A DNA stretch of 64,000 bases from an uncultured Coriobacteriia bacterium (GTDB lineage: Bacteria > Actinomycetota > Coriobacteriia > Anaerosomatales > PALSA-660), in the NCBI GenBank assembly GCA_963726435.1, contig CAVSCJ010000001.1, positions 199,208-263,207 of the forward strand, written 5' to 3'. How positions within the stretch are numbered: the stretch's first letter is position 1; every line of letters starts with the position of its first letter. A program made the translations under genes and the position numbers. Of the stretch, positions 48,763 to 58,967 are shown piece after piece. The notes beneath the pieces are model-generated. The model was not told the DNA's origin. It searched no databases and saw only the letters and a program-made list of their open reading frames with translations.

Positions 48763-49895
48763 CCCGCTCCGCGCAGCGAGACGGATCCACTCGCATCCGC
48801 AAGGCCGGCGCGTACACTGTGCGCGTCTCACGGGAAGCGGACGACCAGGCGTGGGACGACTTCCTCGAGTCGAGCCCGATCGGGCACCACGCGCAGACGA
48901 GCTGCTGGGGCCGCGCCCGCGACTCCATCGGCTGGCGCCCGGTCCGCGTGACGGTCTCGGAGGACGGGCGCGTCGTGGGAGGCGCTCAGATGGTGACCCG
49001 TCCGATGCCTATCGGGGGGGAGATCGGCTTCGTGCACAGGGGTCCCAACGTCCCCGAGGACCGGCCTGATCTCGTCGCACTCGTCTTCGACGAGATGATG
49101 GCGATGGGCAAGGCGAACGACGTGCAGTATCTCGTCGTCCAGCCGCCGCCCGGCGCGCACTGGATGATCGAGGAGCTGGCGCGACGCGGGTTCCGCTACG
49201 GAGCGTTCGATATCGACCACACGGCCACTGTGCGCGCTGACCTGAGGCTCAGCCTCGACCAGCTCCTCGCGAACATGGGTCGCAACAGGAGGAAGCACCT
49301 CAGATCGGCCCACCGGCGTGGTCTGACTATCCGAAGGGGCTCGGAAGCGGACCTGCCGATCTTCAACCACCTCAAGGACTTGCACAGCACGCGCCTCGGC
49401 TACGCCCGCCGGAGCCCGGAGTACTACCAGGAGATGTGGCGTGCTCTCTCGCCCCGCGGGCACATCGAACTCTTCGTCGCCGAGTTCGAGGGCGAGCCGG
49501 TCTCGGCCCAGCTCCTCATACCGTTCGGGGACACGTGCCGGCACATGGAACGACCATGGTCGGGAGCGCATGCGAATCGAAGGCCGAACGAGATCATCGA
49601 ATGGGAGGCCGTGCAGTGGGCCAAGTCCGCCGGCTACCTGTTCACCGACTGGGAGGGGATCGAGGCGCCGGTAGCGGCGGCGATGTTGTCCGGGGCCGAG
49701 CTCCCGAGAGATCCCGCCTATTCAGCCGCGCGCTTCAAGGTCAAGTTCGGCGGCGATGTCGTGGTCGATCCGTCCTCGTACGACTATGTCTACAACCCGG
49801 TGCTCCGCTTCGGGTACCGGTGCATCCCGGTGAAGGTCATGAGATCAGCGTGGGTCAGAAAGGTCCTATTCAGGTTCCGCGAGACGGGGTCCTGA
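48759..49895 (+). CDS. FemAB-family peptidyl/aminoacyl-transferase-like protein (second copy)
   Basis: The ATG at 48759 overlaps the GT4 stop (ATGA). ...WDDFLESSPIGHHAQTSCWGRAR...NRRKHLRSAHRRGLTIR...FNHLKDLHSTRLGY...EIIEWEAVQWAKSAGYLFTDWEG. Confidence 0.7.
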   Translation: MTRSAQRDGSTRIRKAGAYTVRVSREADDQAWDDFLESSPIGHHAQTSCWGRARDSIGWRPVRVTVSEDGRVVGGAQMVTRPMPIGGEIGFVHRGPNVPEDRPDLVALVFDEMMAMGKANDVQYLVVQPPPGAHWMIEELARRGFRYGAFDIDHTATVRADLRLSLDQLLANMGRNRRKHLRSAHRRGLTIRRGSEADLPIFNHLKDLHSTRLGYARRSPEYYQEMWRALSPRGHIELFVAEFEGEPVSAQLLIPFGDTCRHMERPWSGAHANRRPNEIIEWEAVQWAKSAGYLFTDWEGIEAPVAAAMLSGAELPRDPAYSAARFKVKFGGDVVVDPSSYDYVYNPVLRFGYRCIPVKVMRSAWVRKVLFRFRETGS

Positions 49896-49962
49896 GCCGG
49901 TACAGACGCCGAACCGTCCCGCGCGGAACCATTGAGCACAGCCCCGAACGCGGGAACCCCTG

Positions 49963-51378
49963 CTAGCGCGTCGGCGGAACGATCTCTACGCGTCCCGACG
50001 GCGAGAGGACAGCCTTCCCCAACGAGGCCCCCTCCAGCGCCGCGATCGATTCGAGCGACACCTCCGCGCGCGAACGCCACCACCGCGCCAGATCGCGCGG
50101 CAGTGCGGTCCATGCGTCGGACGCGGCCACCGCGTCGAGCACCTGCGCGTAGTTGGCCTCGTTCGCCGCCATCCCTGTGTACCCCGCCGCGGGGTCGGGG
50201 TGCGTCAGCACGCACGCCATCCCATTCGCTTCGCGGATGCGCTCAAGGCAGGTCAACCAGGTGTCCGCGCCGGTCTGCTCCAGCAACTCGAAGAGCGTGT
50301 GGTCCTGGGGCAGGGTGATCGGCAGCTCGACCATCCGACCGAGGGGGAACGGGAAGAAGGACCCGCAGCCCCCCGGCTGTGGTTCGCAGGGCGCCGTGTT
50401 CGAGAACGACGAGTCGTACTCGAATGCGAGCAGGGGGAGCCACTCGTGGTTGCGGTAGGTTGCCGGCGACCGGAAGCCCGCCGCGCCCCAGCGGCGGGCG
50501 AACTCGTCGATGGTGACAGCCCTCTCGTCGAATACGGCCCGGCTCGAGAAGAGCAGTCCGTCGTGCTTGTAGCCGTGAACGCCGACTTCGAACCCGTCCT
50601 CGTTCAGATCGCGAACGAGCGGGTCCGGGACCTCGTAGTCTCGAGCAACAAGGTTGAACGAGGACCGGAGACCTCGTTGGCGCTCCAGGTCCGCGATATG
50701 CGGGATGTTCGCGAGACCGTTCGCAGTCTCCACGTCGTGCGTGAGCGTGACCGCCCACGGGTGCCGGTCCGGCCAGAACCACACGAAGTCGAGTTCCTGC
50801 CGGTCCGCTGCGAGCATCGTCGCCCGGAGAAGGAAGCGCTGGAGCAGATCGAGGCTCTGGTCGGTCGGCCATGCGAGAAGGGCGCCGGACGCGACGGCGC
50901 GTCGAGCCATCGCCCTGCGCAGCCGCCGCTTGACTCCGGCCGGGATGAGCGGCTTCGCGAGTGAGTAGTAGAGATGTAGGAGCGCCTTGGGCAAGGCAGT
51001 CCGATCCTTGGGAGGAACGTAGTCCTCGTGCCAGAACGACTCGATCGCCTCGTTCGGGTCGAACGGCACGACCACCGCCCCGGCAGCGGGGAACCGCAAT
51101 ACGTACGAGTAGTGGATGCCCGAAGGTTCGAGGATCTCGGCCACCATCTCGGCGGATGCCGGGACGACGTCGATCGGATGGACCGACGCGAACAGCAGGA
51201 ACTCAGACTGGCAGTCCACGATCCGGTAGGGCCGCGCCTCCGAACCCGCGCGCAAGGCGTTCAGGCCCGCCACGGGCGGCTGCCCGGGATCCCGGTAGAC
51301 GGACCGCTCTCCCAGGTCCGACGGACCGAGCAGCGGCTTCCAGAAGCCGAGAACGTGATCGAGAGGTGTGATCGTCAC
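49963..51378 (-). CDS. Polysaccharide deacetylase-like (CE4-related, THDVE-type) protein with an extra N-terminal domain
   Basis: The GTG at 51378 overlaps the upstream GT stop (GTGA). Motifs WAVTLTHDVET, VGVHGYKHDG and FRSPATYRN. The first 256 residues of track ORF 49963..52146 are an out-of-frame overlap with the GT gene. Confidence 0.7.
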   Translation of the reverse strand: MTITPLDHVLGFWKPLLGPSDLGERSVYRDPGQPPVAGLNALRAGSEARPYRIVDCQSEFLLFASVHPIDVVPASAEMVAEILEPSGIHYSYVLRFPAAGAVVVPFDPNEAIESFWHEDYVPPKDRTALPKALLHLYYSLAKPLIPAGVKRRLRRAMARRAVASGALLAWPTDQSLDLLQRFLLRATMLAADRQELDFVWFWPDRHPWAVTLTHDVETANGLANIPHIADLERQRGLRSSFNLVARDYEVPDPLVRDLNEDGFEVGVHGYKHDGLLFSSRAVFDERAVTIDEFARRWGAAGFRSPATYRNHEWLPLLAFEYDSSFSNTAPCEPQPGGCGSFFPFPLGRMVELPITLPQDHTLFELLEQTGADTWLTCLERIREANGMACVLTHPDPAAGYTGMAANEANYAQVLDAVAASDAWTALPRDLARWWRSRAEVSLESIAALEGASLGKAVLSPSGRVEIVPPTR

Positions 51379-52496
51379 CGCCCGCCCTCTCCCATGACCT
51401 CTTCGAAGACCCGCACGTAGTCCTGAACGACCCTGCCCGGCGCGAAGTCCCCGGCCTTGCGGATGTTGTTCTCCCCCATCGTCGCTCGCAGGGTCTCGTC
51501 GTCCAGTAGCCTTTCCAGCGCCTTCGCCATAGGGCCGGCGTCCCGAGCGGGCACGAACAGGGCGTTCTCGCCCTCGGTCAGATGGTCGGCAGCGCCGCTT
51601 ATGCGCGTGGTGACGATCGGAAGGCCGAAGCTCATCGCCTCCAGGAGCACGGTGGGCAACCCCTCGCTGTACGAGGGAAGCACGAGGACGTCCGCTCCGC
51701 GGTAGAAGCGGCTCACGTCCTCCTCGATCAGGTGACCGGTGAACTCCACGTCTTGGGCGACACCGAGTTGCGAGGCCCGGAGCCGCAGCCTGTCCGATTC
51801 CGGCCCCTCTCCCACCACGGTCAGGCGACACACCCGCTTCGAACGTACGGTGGCGAATGCTTCGAGCAGTTCGTACAGCCCCTTCTCGCGGATCAAGCGG
51901 CCGACGAAGAGAAGCTCCGGAGGCGCCGCCCGCCGAACAGGAGGGCCGGACATCGCCGTGAGCGCGGGCGCCAGTGCGTTCGCGACGAGGTGATAGCGGC
52001 CCGGAGGGTAGAGCCGCTTCCACTCGGCCACGTCCTCGGAGGACAGGAGCAGCACCGCACTCGCGCGTCGGGCCAGGCGGCGAGTGGCCAGATCGAACAG
52101 GCGTCGACCGCGCCGAAAGTGGCTGCCATGGATCAGAAGGACCCACCTGACACGTGCCGAGCTCGGGAGAACCAGCGCCAGATCCCTGACGAGAGCGCGC
52201 CAGTCGTGGGTCGTGTTGACGAAGACCAGGTCGTACGAGCCTCGACCGATGCGCCCGCGGATACGGATGAGGTCCGCAGCACGGCCCAGCACCTTCCGGA
52301 CGGGGCCCTCCTCTCGTTCATGGCGACCCCACAACTCCGTATCGACCGCGTAGCCCACAGCCCTGAGAGCGTCCGCGAGCCGGTAGGCCAGTCTCCCGAT
52401 CGGCCCTGGCACGGGACCCGAGATGGTCGCATCGGGGGCGAGCATCAGGACACGACCGTGCACCTCGCGACCCTCTGTGCTGCCGTCGCTGGTCAT
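51375..52496 (-). CDS. GT4-family glycosyltransferase
   Basis: ...LLFVGRLIREKGLYELLEAF...LTVVGEGPE...ADVLVLPSYSEGLPTVLLEAMSFGLPIVTTRISGAADHL. The start is uncertain (ATG 52496 preferred; the track start is 52694). Confidence 0.8.
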   Translation of the reverse strand: MTSDGSTEGREVHGRVLMLAPDATISGPVPGPIGRLAYRLADALRAVGYAVDTELWGRHEREEGPVRKVLGRAADLIRIRGRIGRGSYDLVFVNTTHDWRALVRDLALVLPSSARVRWVLLIHGSHFRRGRRLFDLATRRLARRASAVLLLSSEDVAEWKRLYPPGRYHLVANALAPALTAMSGPPVRRAAPPELLFVGRLIREKGLYELLEAFATVRSKRVCRLTVVGEGPESDRLRLRASQLGVAQDVEFTGHLIEEDVSRFYRGADVLVLPSYSEGLPTVLLEAMSFGLPIVTTRISGAADHLTEGENALFVPARDAGPMAKALERLLDDETLRATMGENNIRKAGDFAPGRVVQDYVRVFEEVMGEGGR

Positions 52497-52749
52497 GCCG
52501 CCGAGCGTACCACACGGGTCTTGGGGCCCCGCCGCGGGAACAAGCCTCCGGGACCCGCCCCATGGGAACAGTGCCCGGCGGGGACCCATCTCTAGAAACG
52601 CGAGACGGCGGTACCCCGCCAGGTCTTCCACGCGCGTCCGGCGTGACACTGCACTGTCTTGCTGACACAATCGTGCCGATAGGGTTGTGTGCATCTCCCC
52701 GCAGGCCGGGGGGATCGCTGCAAGACCCGCTACCGGTCTGGGGGCCTCG

Positions 52750-54291
52750 ATGGAGCTCAGGGACTATCTGAAGGTCATACGATCCCGGCTGCCCCTCATC
52801 GTGGCGTCCGTCGTCGTCATCACCCTCGGCTTCTTCGCATACTCGGCGTCGCAGAAGCCCTCCTACCAAGGGGTCGCCCTCGTGCTCGTGGCGCAGCAGG
52901 ACGCCGGTGTCACGATCCTGGGTACGCCTCAGCCCGATCAGCCATACCAGCCGGGGCGCGATATCGTCCAAACCCAGGTAGAGGTCATCAACTCGCCCCG
53001 GATCGCCGGGCAGGTCGTCGCTATGCTGGGTCTCAAGGAATCAGCTTCCAGCCTCCTGAAGCGGGTCACGGCCTCGGCCGACACGGGGACCAACAACATC
53101 GAGATCCGGGCGATCGACCCCTCGGCCGGCGGGGCGGCGAGGATCGCGAACGCGTTCGCCGAGGCGTACGTGACGTGGTCGCGCGACAACCAGAGCGCCA
53201 GCATCAAGACCGCCGCGGACGACGTCCAGCGGCGGCTCGACCAGGCGCAGAAGCAGATCGTCGCCATCGAGCAGACAGTCACCACCTCGCCATCGGACCA
53301 GGCGAGACTGCAGGCGGCCAGGGAACTGTACACGTCGCTGGCGGACAAGCTCGAGCAGTTGCGCATCGCCGAGCAGCTCGCCACCGGCGCGGGCAGTGTG
53401 CTCGCAAGCGCTACGCCCGACCCGGCTCCGGTGTCGCCAAGGCCCTCCCGTGACATCGGTGTCGGCCTCGCCATCGGCCTGCTCGTCGGCCTCGGCGGCG
53501 CGTTCGTGGCGGAGCAGCTCGACACACGGATCAAGTCGGCGGACGAAGCGTCCGAGATCTACGGAGCGCCCGTACTCGCCAACATCCCGACGGAGAAGGT
53601 CAACAAGGCGGACCTCGCGCGGCTCACGGTGAGCGACCGCCCGGGAAGCCCCGCCGCCGAAGCGTACCGTATGCTGCGCAACAACCTCGGCTTCGTGAAC
53701 TTCGACAGGGGCATCAAGACGATGCTCGTGACCTCGGCCGTGCCGAGTGAGGGCAAGTCCACGATCGCCGCCAACCTGGCGACGGTGCTGGCAGGCGCCG
53801 GGAGCAAGGTCGTCCTGGTCGTCTGCGACTTCCACCTGCCAGCTGCCGAGCGGTTCTTCGAGATCGACTACACGGTGGGGCTGTCGAACGTTCTGTCCGG
53901 TTCCGGACTTCTCTCGGACGCCCTCCAGAAGCCAGCCGGGTCCGAGAACCTATCGGTCATCCCCCCCGGCCCCCTGCCCCCGAACCCCAGCGAGCTCCTG
54001 GGGTCCGAGGCCATGGGCAAGCTGGTGACCGCCCTGCGTGAGGTGGCCGACTGGGTGATCCTGGACACAGCTCCCGTGCTCGCCACGGCGGAGGCTGCCG
54101 CAGCGACCAAGTGGGTCGATGGTGTCCTGGTGGTCGCCCGTATCGGGGTAACGAAGCGCGACGCGGCGCGGGCCGGCCACCAGCAGCTGCAGAACGTCGG
54201 CGCGCGGATCCTGGGCCTGGCGGTGTGGGGGCCCATGGACACCGTCTCCTCTCGGGGGTACTACGGGTATCACGACTCCGCTTCACTCTGA
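52750..54291 (+). CDS. Polysaccharide co-polymerase (Wzz domain) fused to BY-kinase (tyrosine autokinase, Wzc/CapAB-like)
   Basis: From the ATG at 52750: MELRDYLKVIRSRLPLIV, then a TM helix, a periplasmic coiled region and a second TM. Kinase Walker A is VTSAVPSEGKST, A-prime VVLVVCDFH, B VILDTAPV. The C-terminal Tyr cluster is SRGYYGYHD. Confidence 0.85.
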   Translation: MELRDYLKVIRSRLPLIVASVVVITLGFFAYSASQKPSYQGVALVLVAQQDAGVTILGTPQPDQPYQPGRDIVQTQVEVINSPRIAGQVVAMLGLKESASSLLKRVTASADTGTNNIEIRAIDPSAGGAARIANAFAEAYVTWSRDNQSASIKTAADDVQRRLDQAQKQIVAIEQTVTTSPSDQARLQAARELYTSLADKLEQLRIAEQLATGAGSVLASATPDPAPVSPRPSRDIGVGLAIGLLVGLGGAFVAEQLDTRIKSADEASEIYGAPVLANIPTEKVNKADLARLTVSDRPGSPAAEAYRMLRNNLGFVNFDRGIKTMLVTSAVPSEGKSTIAANLATVLAGAGSKVVLVVCDFHLPAAERFFEIDYTVGLSNVLSGSGLLSDALQKPAGSENLSVIPPGPLPPNPSELLGSEAMGKLVTALREVADWVILDTAPVLATAEAAAATKWVDGVLVVARIGVTKRDAARAGHQQLQNVGARILGLAVWGPMDTVSSRGYYGYHDSASL

Positions 54292-54300
54292 CCGTGCCTT

Positions 54301-55599
54301 TTGGGGTCGACTCCTGGCGGGATGGACTCGATCAAGATGGCTAGCAGCCCCTTCGGACGGCGCGTGCTCCTCGGCGTGCTGATCGCGTTCGTCGTCTTCT
54401 GCGCGATCGGCATGGCGTACCTGCCGTTCGTCTACCTGAACGCGGCCGGCCACGTCAGCTACTTCTACCTCATGCTGGCCGTAGCGGGAGTCGTTGGGGT
54501 CGGCGGCCTCGTCCGGGCCGCGAGCTCACCGGAGTGCGGCGCGTCGCGCACGCTCTCCAGGATCGTGATCGCCTACCTGCTCTTCGATCTCCTAGTGGTC
54601 GTTCCCTTGGCCGTGGGGATCGGCACGATGACGCTGAACACGATCGTCGGCGAGGTGGCCGTTCGATTCAGCTGGCTGCTCTTCCCGATCGGTCTTGCGG
54701 TGTTCGCGGACGACAGAACCCGGAAGGTCGCAGGAGCTGTCGCCGTCGTCGCCGCGCTCTGCCTCGCCGGCTGGGCGGTTGTCTCCGCCGTGACCGGCGG
54801 CGGCGGCTATTACGTCGAGTCCGGCGTCACCCGCTGGCGGGCACTGGCCCTGGGAGGCGGAGGACTGCTGCTGTTCGCGTGGCCGTTCGCCCTGGTCGCG
54901 TCGCGCGCGGTCCCCAAGCGCTACAACGTCTTGCTGCTGGTGGCCTCGACGACCGGCCTCGTACTCACCAACAGCCGATCGGGTCTCATCGCGTTCGCTG
55001 TGGCGGGGCTGGTCTGCGTGGCGATGTCCGGCCAAGTGCGCCGCATAGTACCGTGGGTCCTCCCCGTCGTGCTGATCGGTATCGTGGCGGCTCTTCTGTG
55101 GGGACAGCAGGCGTCAGGGGCCTTCGGCTACACCTTGGCGCATCTCTTCGACGTCGGCTCGGGCAACGGCCTTGAACGGCTGACTCGCTGGCGGCTGGCT
55201 TGGGACTTCTTCGTCGCTCATCCGTTCAACGACTTGGTGTGGACCTGGCGCTACTACCTCGTGTACGTGCCGGATCCGTACCCGCCCCACAACTTCGTGC
55301 TCCAGGTAGCCGTGACTGAGGGCATCGCCGGTCTTCTCTTCTATGGAGCGGTTCTGTGGAGGGCGCTGGCCGGCGCGTGGAACTGGGCGCGAAAGGACGC
55401 CGAAGCGCGAGCTCTCCTCGGCTACCTGATCGTCTATGTGGTCTTCTCGCTGCAGAACGCCGACTGGTACTTGCCGGTCGCGCTCCCGCTGCTGGTAATC
55501 GCGGTCGCCGCTCTCGCCACACGCCTCGACCGTCTGCGATCGCCGGAAGGACCCCCGCCGGTGTACGCAGTCGACATTCTCGAGCCGCGGCTGGCGTAG
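54301..55599 (+). CDS. O-antigen ligase/polymerase-family (Wzy_C domain) membrane protein
   Basis: Polytopic 432-aa ORF with ...LVLTNSRSGLIAFAVAGLV... and a large loop bearing ...HPFNDLVWTWRYY...PHNFVLQVAVTEGIAG. The start is uncertain. Confidence 0.7.
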   Translation: MGSTPGGMDSIKMASSPFGRRVLLGVLIAFVVFCAIGMAYLPFVYLNAAGHVSYFYLMLAVAGVVGVGGLVRAASSPECGASRTLSRIVIAYLLFDLLVVVPLAVGIGTMTLNTIVGEVAVRFSWLLFPIGLAVFADDRTRKVAGAVAVVAALCLAGWAVVSAVTGGGGYYVESGVTRWRALALGGGGLLLFAWPFALVASRAVPKRYNVLLLVASTTGLVLTNSRSGLIAFAVAGLVCVAMSGQVRRIVPWVLPVVLIGIVAALLWGQQASGAFGYTLAHLFDVGSGNGLERLTRWRLAWDFFVAHPFNDLVWTWRYYLVYVPDPYPPHNFVLQVAVTEGIAGLLFYGAVLWRALAGAWNWARKDAEARALLGYLIVYVVFSLQNADWYLPVALPLLVIAVAALATRLDRLRSPEGPPPVYAVDILEPRLA

Positions 55600-55669
55600 C
55601 GCGCCGACGGGCCGGTGCACGCTGGTGCGCACGCGGGCGATGCGGGGCCGACGGGTCTAGCGGGGCTGT

Positions 55670-55698
55670 TTGCACGCCGCAACCGCCGTTGCTAGAGT
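55670..55698 (+). promoter_or_regulatory. Sigma-70-like promoter candidate upstream of the ABC exporter gene
   Basis: TTGCAC (55670-55675), a 17-nt spacer, then TAGAGT (55693-55698). It lies 59 nt upstream of the ATG at 55757. Confidence 0.35.
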
Positions 55699-55756
55699 GA
55701 GGCGGCTCAAGAACCCCTCGCCGCGCACGGTCCGCACGAGTCTTCCAGAGGCCAAG

Positions 55757-57538
55757 ATGCAGATCCGCTACCTCGTGTCGAGGATTCTGAGGGACCAGCC
55801 ACTCCGGTTCTCACTCTCCGTGGTGACGCTGACGGTCGCGGGGCTGCTGGAAGGCGTCGGTGTGGCCGCCCTCGTTCCGATGCTTCAGATCGCCGAGAAC
55901 GCGGATATGCGGGGCGCCAGTGGCGACGGCATCGGGCGCTTCGTCGGCGTCGTCCTGGAGTCCATGCATCTGCCGTTCAACTTGGCCACCTCCCTCGGGT
56001 TCATCTTGGTCGCCATCCTAGCCAGCGAGGGCGCCAGCCTCCTACAGCAGAGGCTGCTGGCCGACTCGTCGGAACTGTTTCAGGCCAGTCTGCGCAAGAG
56101 GCTCTTCGCGGCGGTGACCGACGCGGACTGGCCCTACTTCGTCCGCACCAAGACGGCGGACCTCATCTCGGCTCTGATCAGCGCCACCGACCGCGCGGGC
56201 GCGGCGTACTTCACGCTCGTGCAGATGCTCGGCGCGATCATCGTGGTCCTGGTCTACACGGCGCTGACGGTGGTCCTCTCGTGGCAGATGACGCTCGCAG
56301 TCGTGGTCACGAGCGGCGTGGTCGTCTTCCTGCTTAGGCACAGGGCCCGCCGCGGCACGAAGTTCGGGCAGGACGTCAACCGCGTCGACGCGGAGATCCA
56401 AAGCGAGACGCAGGAGAACCTGACCGCGGCCAAGGTGGTGAAGGCGTCCTCGGCCGAATCTGAAGTGCAGCGGCGGTTCGACGCCCTTACGGAGGTGCGA
56501 CAGCGGGTCCGCTACCGCAATGTGATGAATCAGGCGTGGCTCAAGACGCTCTACGAATCCGCCACGATTGTGACCATCTTCATCGGCATCTACGCCGCCA
56601 TCACCTTCTTCGGCATGAGCGTCGCAACGCTCACGGTCTTCCTATTCGCCTACTACCGACTGTCGCCTCGGATCTCGACCCTGCAGGCCAACCAGAGCTT
56701 CCTGCTCTCACTCGTCCCGGCGGTGATCAGGGTCGACGAGTACACTGCGGCCGCGGCCGCCTCTCGCGAGAAGACCGGCGACGCACGCTTGGGCCAGTTC
56801 TCGGACTCGATCGAGCTCGACGACGTCTCCTTCGCCTATGGCGCCGACCTCCCGGTGCTCAGGCAGGTCAGTCTGTCCATCCCGCATGGCGGCTCAACCG
56901 CGATCGTCGGCGCCTCGGGCGCGGGCAAGACCACCGTCCTCGACCTGATCCTGGGCCTGCTCCGACCCGATTCCGGTGACGTGTTGGTCGACGGCTCCTC
57001 GCTGCGGGACGTCCGCCTCAAGGACTGGCGACGCCAGATCGGCTACGTTCCCCAGGACGCCTCGTTCTTCCACGCCACGGTCGCCGAGAACATCGCCTGG
57101 GGCTTCGAAGGCGCGTCACGCGAGGACATCGTGGAGGCCGCCAAGCTCGCGGACGCCGATGAGTTCATCCTTGGCTTCCCGGAAGGCTACGATACGATCA
57201 TCGGCGACCGTGGGATGCGGATGTCGGGTGGGCAGCGTCAGCGGCTTGGTCTCGCGAGAGCCATCGTCCGCGAGCCTTCGATACTCGTGCTCGACGAGGC
57301 GACGAGCGCCCTCGACGCCGAATCCGAGGAGAAGGTCCAGTCAGCGGTCGAGCGGCTGACGGGGACGCTGACCGTCCTCATAGTCACACATCGCCTTGCG
57401 ACTGTACGCGGGTGCGGTCTCATCCACGTGCTCGACAACGGTCGGCTCATCGAATCCGGATCCTGGGATGAGCTACTGCGGAGGAGAGGCAAGTTCGCCG
57501 AACTCGTCGATCTGCAGACCCTGGAACAGCAGGCCTAG
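55757..57538 (+). CDS. ABC exporter, fused permease/ATPase (MsbA-like type I exporter)
   Basis: ATG at 55757 after AGAGG. Six TM helices, then Walker A GASGAGKTT, signature MSGGQRQRLGLARA and Walker B ILVLDEATSALD. Confidence 0.85.
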   Translation: MQIRYLVSRILRDQPLRFSLSVVTLTVAGLLEGVGVAALVPMLQIAENADMRGASGDGIGRFVGVVLESMHLPFNLATSLGFILVAILASEGASLLQQRLLADSSELFQASLRKRLFAAVTDADWPYFVRTKTADLISALISATDRAGAAYFTLVQMLGAIIVVLVYTALTVVLSWQMTLAVVVTSGVVVFLLRHRARRGTKFGQDVNRVDAEIQSETQENLTAAKVVKASSAESEVQRRFDALTEVRQRVRYRNVMNQAWLKTLYESATIVTIFIGIYAAITFFGMSVATLTVFLFAYYRLSPRISTLQANQSFLLSLVPAVIRVDEYTAAAAASREKTGDARLGQFSDSIELDDVSFAYGADLPVLRQVSLSIPHGGSTAIVGASGAGKTTVLDLILGLLRPDSGDVLVDGSSLRDVRLKDWRRQIGYVPQDASFFHATVAENIAWGFEGASREDIVEAAKLADADEFILGFPEGYDTIIGDRGMRMSGGQRQRLGLARAIVREPSILVLDEATSALDAESEEKVQSAVERLTGTLTVLIVTHRLATVRGCGLIHVLDNGRLIESGSWDELLRRRGKFAELVDLQTLEQQA

Positions 57539-57539
57539 A

Positions 57540-58904
57540 GTGGCCTGGTGTCCGCGCGTGTTGGTCGTCGGCCAACCGTTCGAAAGAACGTCGGGCGGCG
57601 GCATCACGCTATGCAACCTATTCGAGGGGTGGCCGCGAGACCGTCTGGCGGCGGCCGTGGTGTCAGATCGGCATCTCGCATTCGATGTCTGCGATCGCTA
57701 CTACGCACTCGGAACAAGCGAGATCACATGGGTCTGGCCGCTTTCGGTCGTGACCCGGACCGAGACCCCTCCATCGAAGGCCGACGTCGAGGAGCCAGGC
57801 CCCGCCAGCGCGGGCCCGGCCTCCGCAGTCACGCCGGAGCTGACCCTTCCCAGGAAGGTCTTCCGCTCTGGACTCGACGGGCTGGGGCTCGAGGACGCTC
57901 TGCGCAGGATGCGGCTGTCGAGCCGGCTGCGAGACTGGATCAATGCCTTCCAGCCGGACCTCGTCTACTCGCAGCTCGCCAACCTGGCAGTCATGACGCT
58001 CGTGGCCGAGATCCTGGACGACTCAGGCTTGCCCCTCGCACTCCACATCATGGATGACTGGCCCAGCACGATGTACCGCCATGGGCTGCTGGCGTGGACG
58101 GTCAGGGCACGAGCCGAACGTGCATTCCAATCGCTTCTCGACCGCTCGAAGGCCCGTATGGCCATTGGCGACGCGATGGCCGAGGAGTACCTGCACCGCT
58201 ACGGAATGACATTCGTTCCGATCCAGAACTCTGTCGACATCGCGAGGCAGGACGCCCTCGCGTCCCTCCACCGCAACGAGTACCAGCAGCCCGGTGACTC
58301 CCCTGCGAGCGTCGTCTACGCAGGACGCGTCGGCCGGGCCAACGCCGGCGCCCTCCTGCAGGTTGCCGAGGCCGTCGCGGAGATGGCGGCAGGCGGCGCG
58401 CCGATCCGCCTGCGCCTGTACACTCCCACCGCCGACCACCCGGTCGTCGCGCGGATGTCCCGACTCGAAGGCGTCGAGGTTCATCCGGCCGTGCCGTACG
58501 ACAACGTGCCCGGTCTTCTCGCGAGCGCGGACATACTCCTCATTGCCCTCGACTTCGACGAAGCTGGTGTGCAGTTCGCGCGCCTTTCGATGCCGACGAA
58601 GATCCCGGAGTACCTGGCCGCCGGGCGCGCCGTGCTCACATATGCCCCGCGCGGATGCGCCGCTGCCGAGTACGCGCGACACGGCGGATGGTCGTTGCTC
58701 GTGGATGAAGCTGATCCCAGCCTGATCCACGACGCGCTGATGACGTTGGCCGGCGATCGAGCCTCGCGAGACGCGATGGGCGAGCGCGGCCGACGTCTCG
58801 CGATCGAGAAGCATGATGCTGCGACGGTGCGTGCGCGATTCGCCGAGGAGCTGGCTCGAGCGAGCACTGAGTCGGGCCTGGGCGAGGCGCCGGTCGGGCT
58901 CTAG
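57540..58904 (+). CDS. Glycosyltransferase (GT-B, GT4-like C-terminal half)
   Basis: The GTG at 57540 is 1 nt after the ABC stop. RVLVVGQPFERTSGGGITLCNLF...VVYAGRVGRANAG...ADILLIALDFDEAGVQFARLSMPTKIPEYLAAGRAVL. Confidence 0.7.
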   Translation: MAWCPRVLVVGQPFERTSGGGITLCNLFEGWPRDRLAAAVVSDRHLAFDVCDRYYALGTSEITWVWPLSVVTRTETPPSKADVEEPGPASAGPASAVTPELTLPRKVFRSGLDGLGLEDALRRMRLSSRLRDWINAFQPDLVYSQLANLAVMTLVAEILDDSGLPLALHIMDDWPSTMYRHGLLAWTVRARAERAFQSLLDRSKARMAIGDAMAEEYLHRYGMTFVPIQNSVDIARQDALASLHRNEYQQPGDSPASVVYAGRVGRANAGALLQVAEAVAEMAAGGAPIRLRLYTPTADHPVVARMSRLEGVEVHPAVPYDNVPGLLASADILLIALDFDEAGVQFARLSMPTKIPEYLAAGRAVLTYAPRGCAAAEYARHGGWSLLVDEADPSLIHDALMTLAGDRASRDAMGERGRRLAIEKHDAATVRARFAEELARASTESGLGEAPVGL

Positions 58905-58967
58905 ACCGGCGTGGCGGTCAGGCCGGGCACCGCGAACCGCAAGTCTGCCTGCCAGCTCCGAGCTTGG

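Noticed and set aside
49963-52146. 727-aa ORF suggesting a very large deacetylase
   Set aside because: The N-terminal 256 residues are Arg/Gly-rich and overlap the GT4 gene (51375..52496) out of frame. A GTG at 51378 forms a GTGA overlap with the GT4 stop, and conserved sequence starts there.
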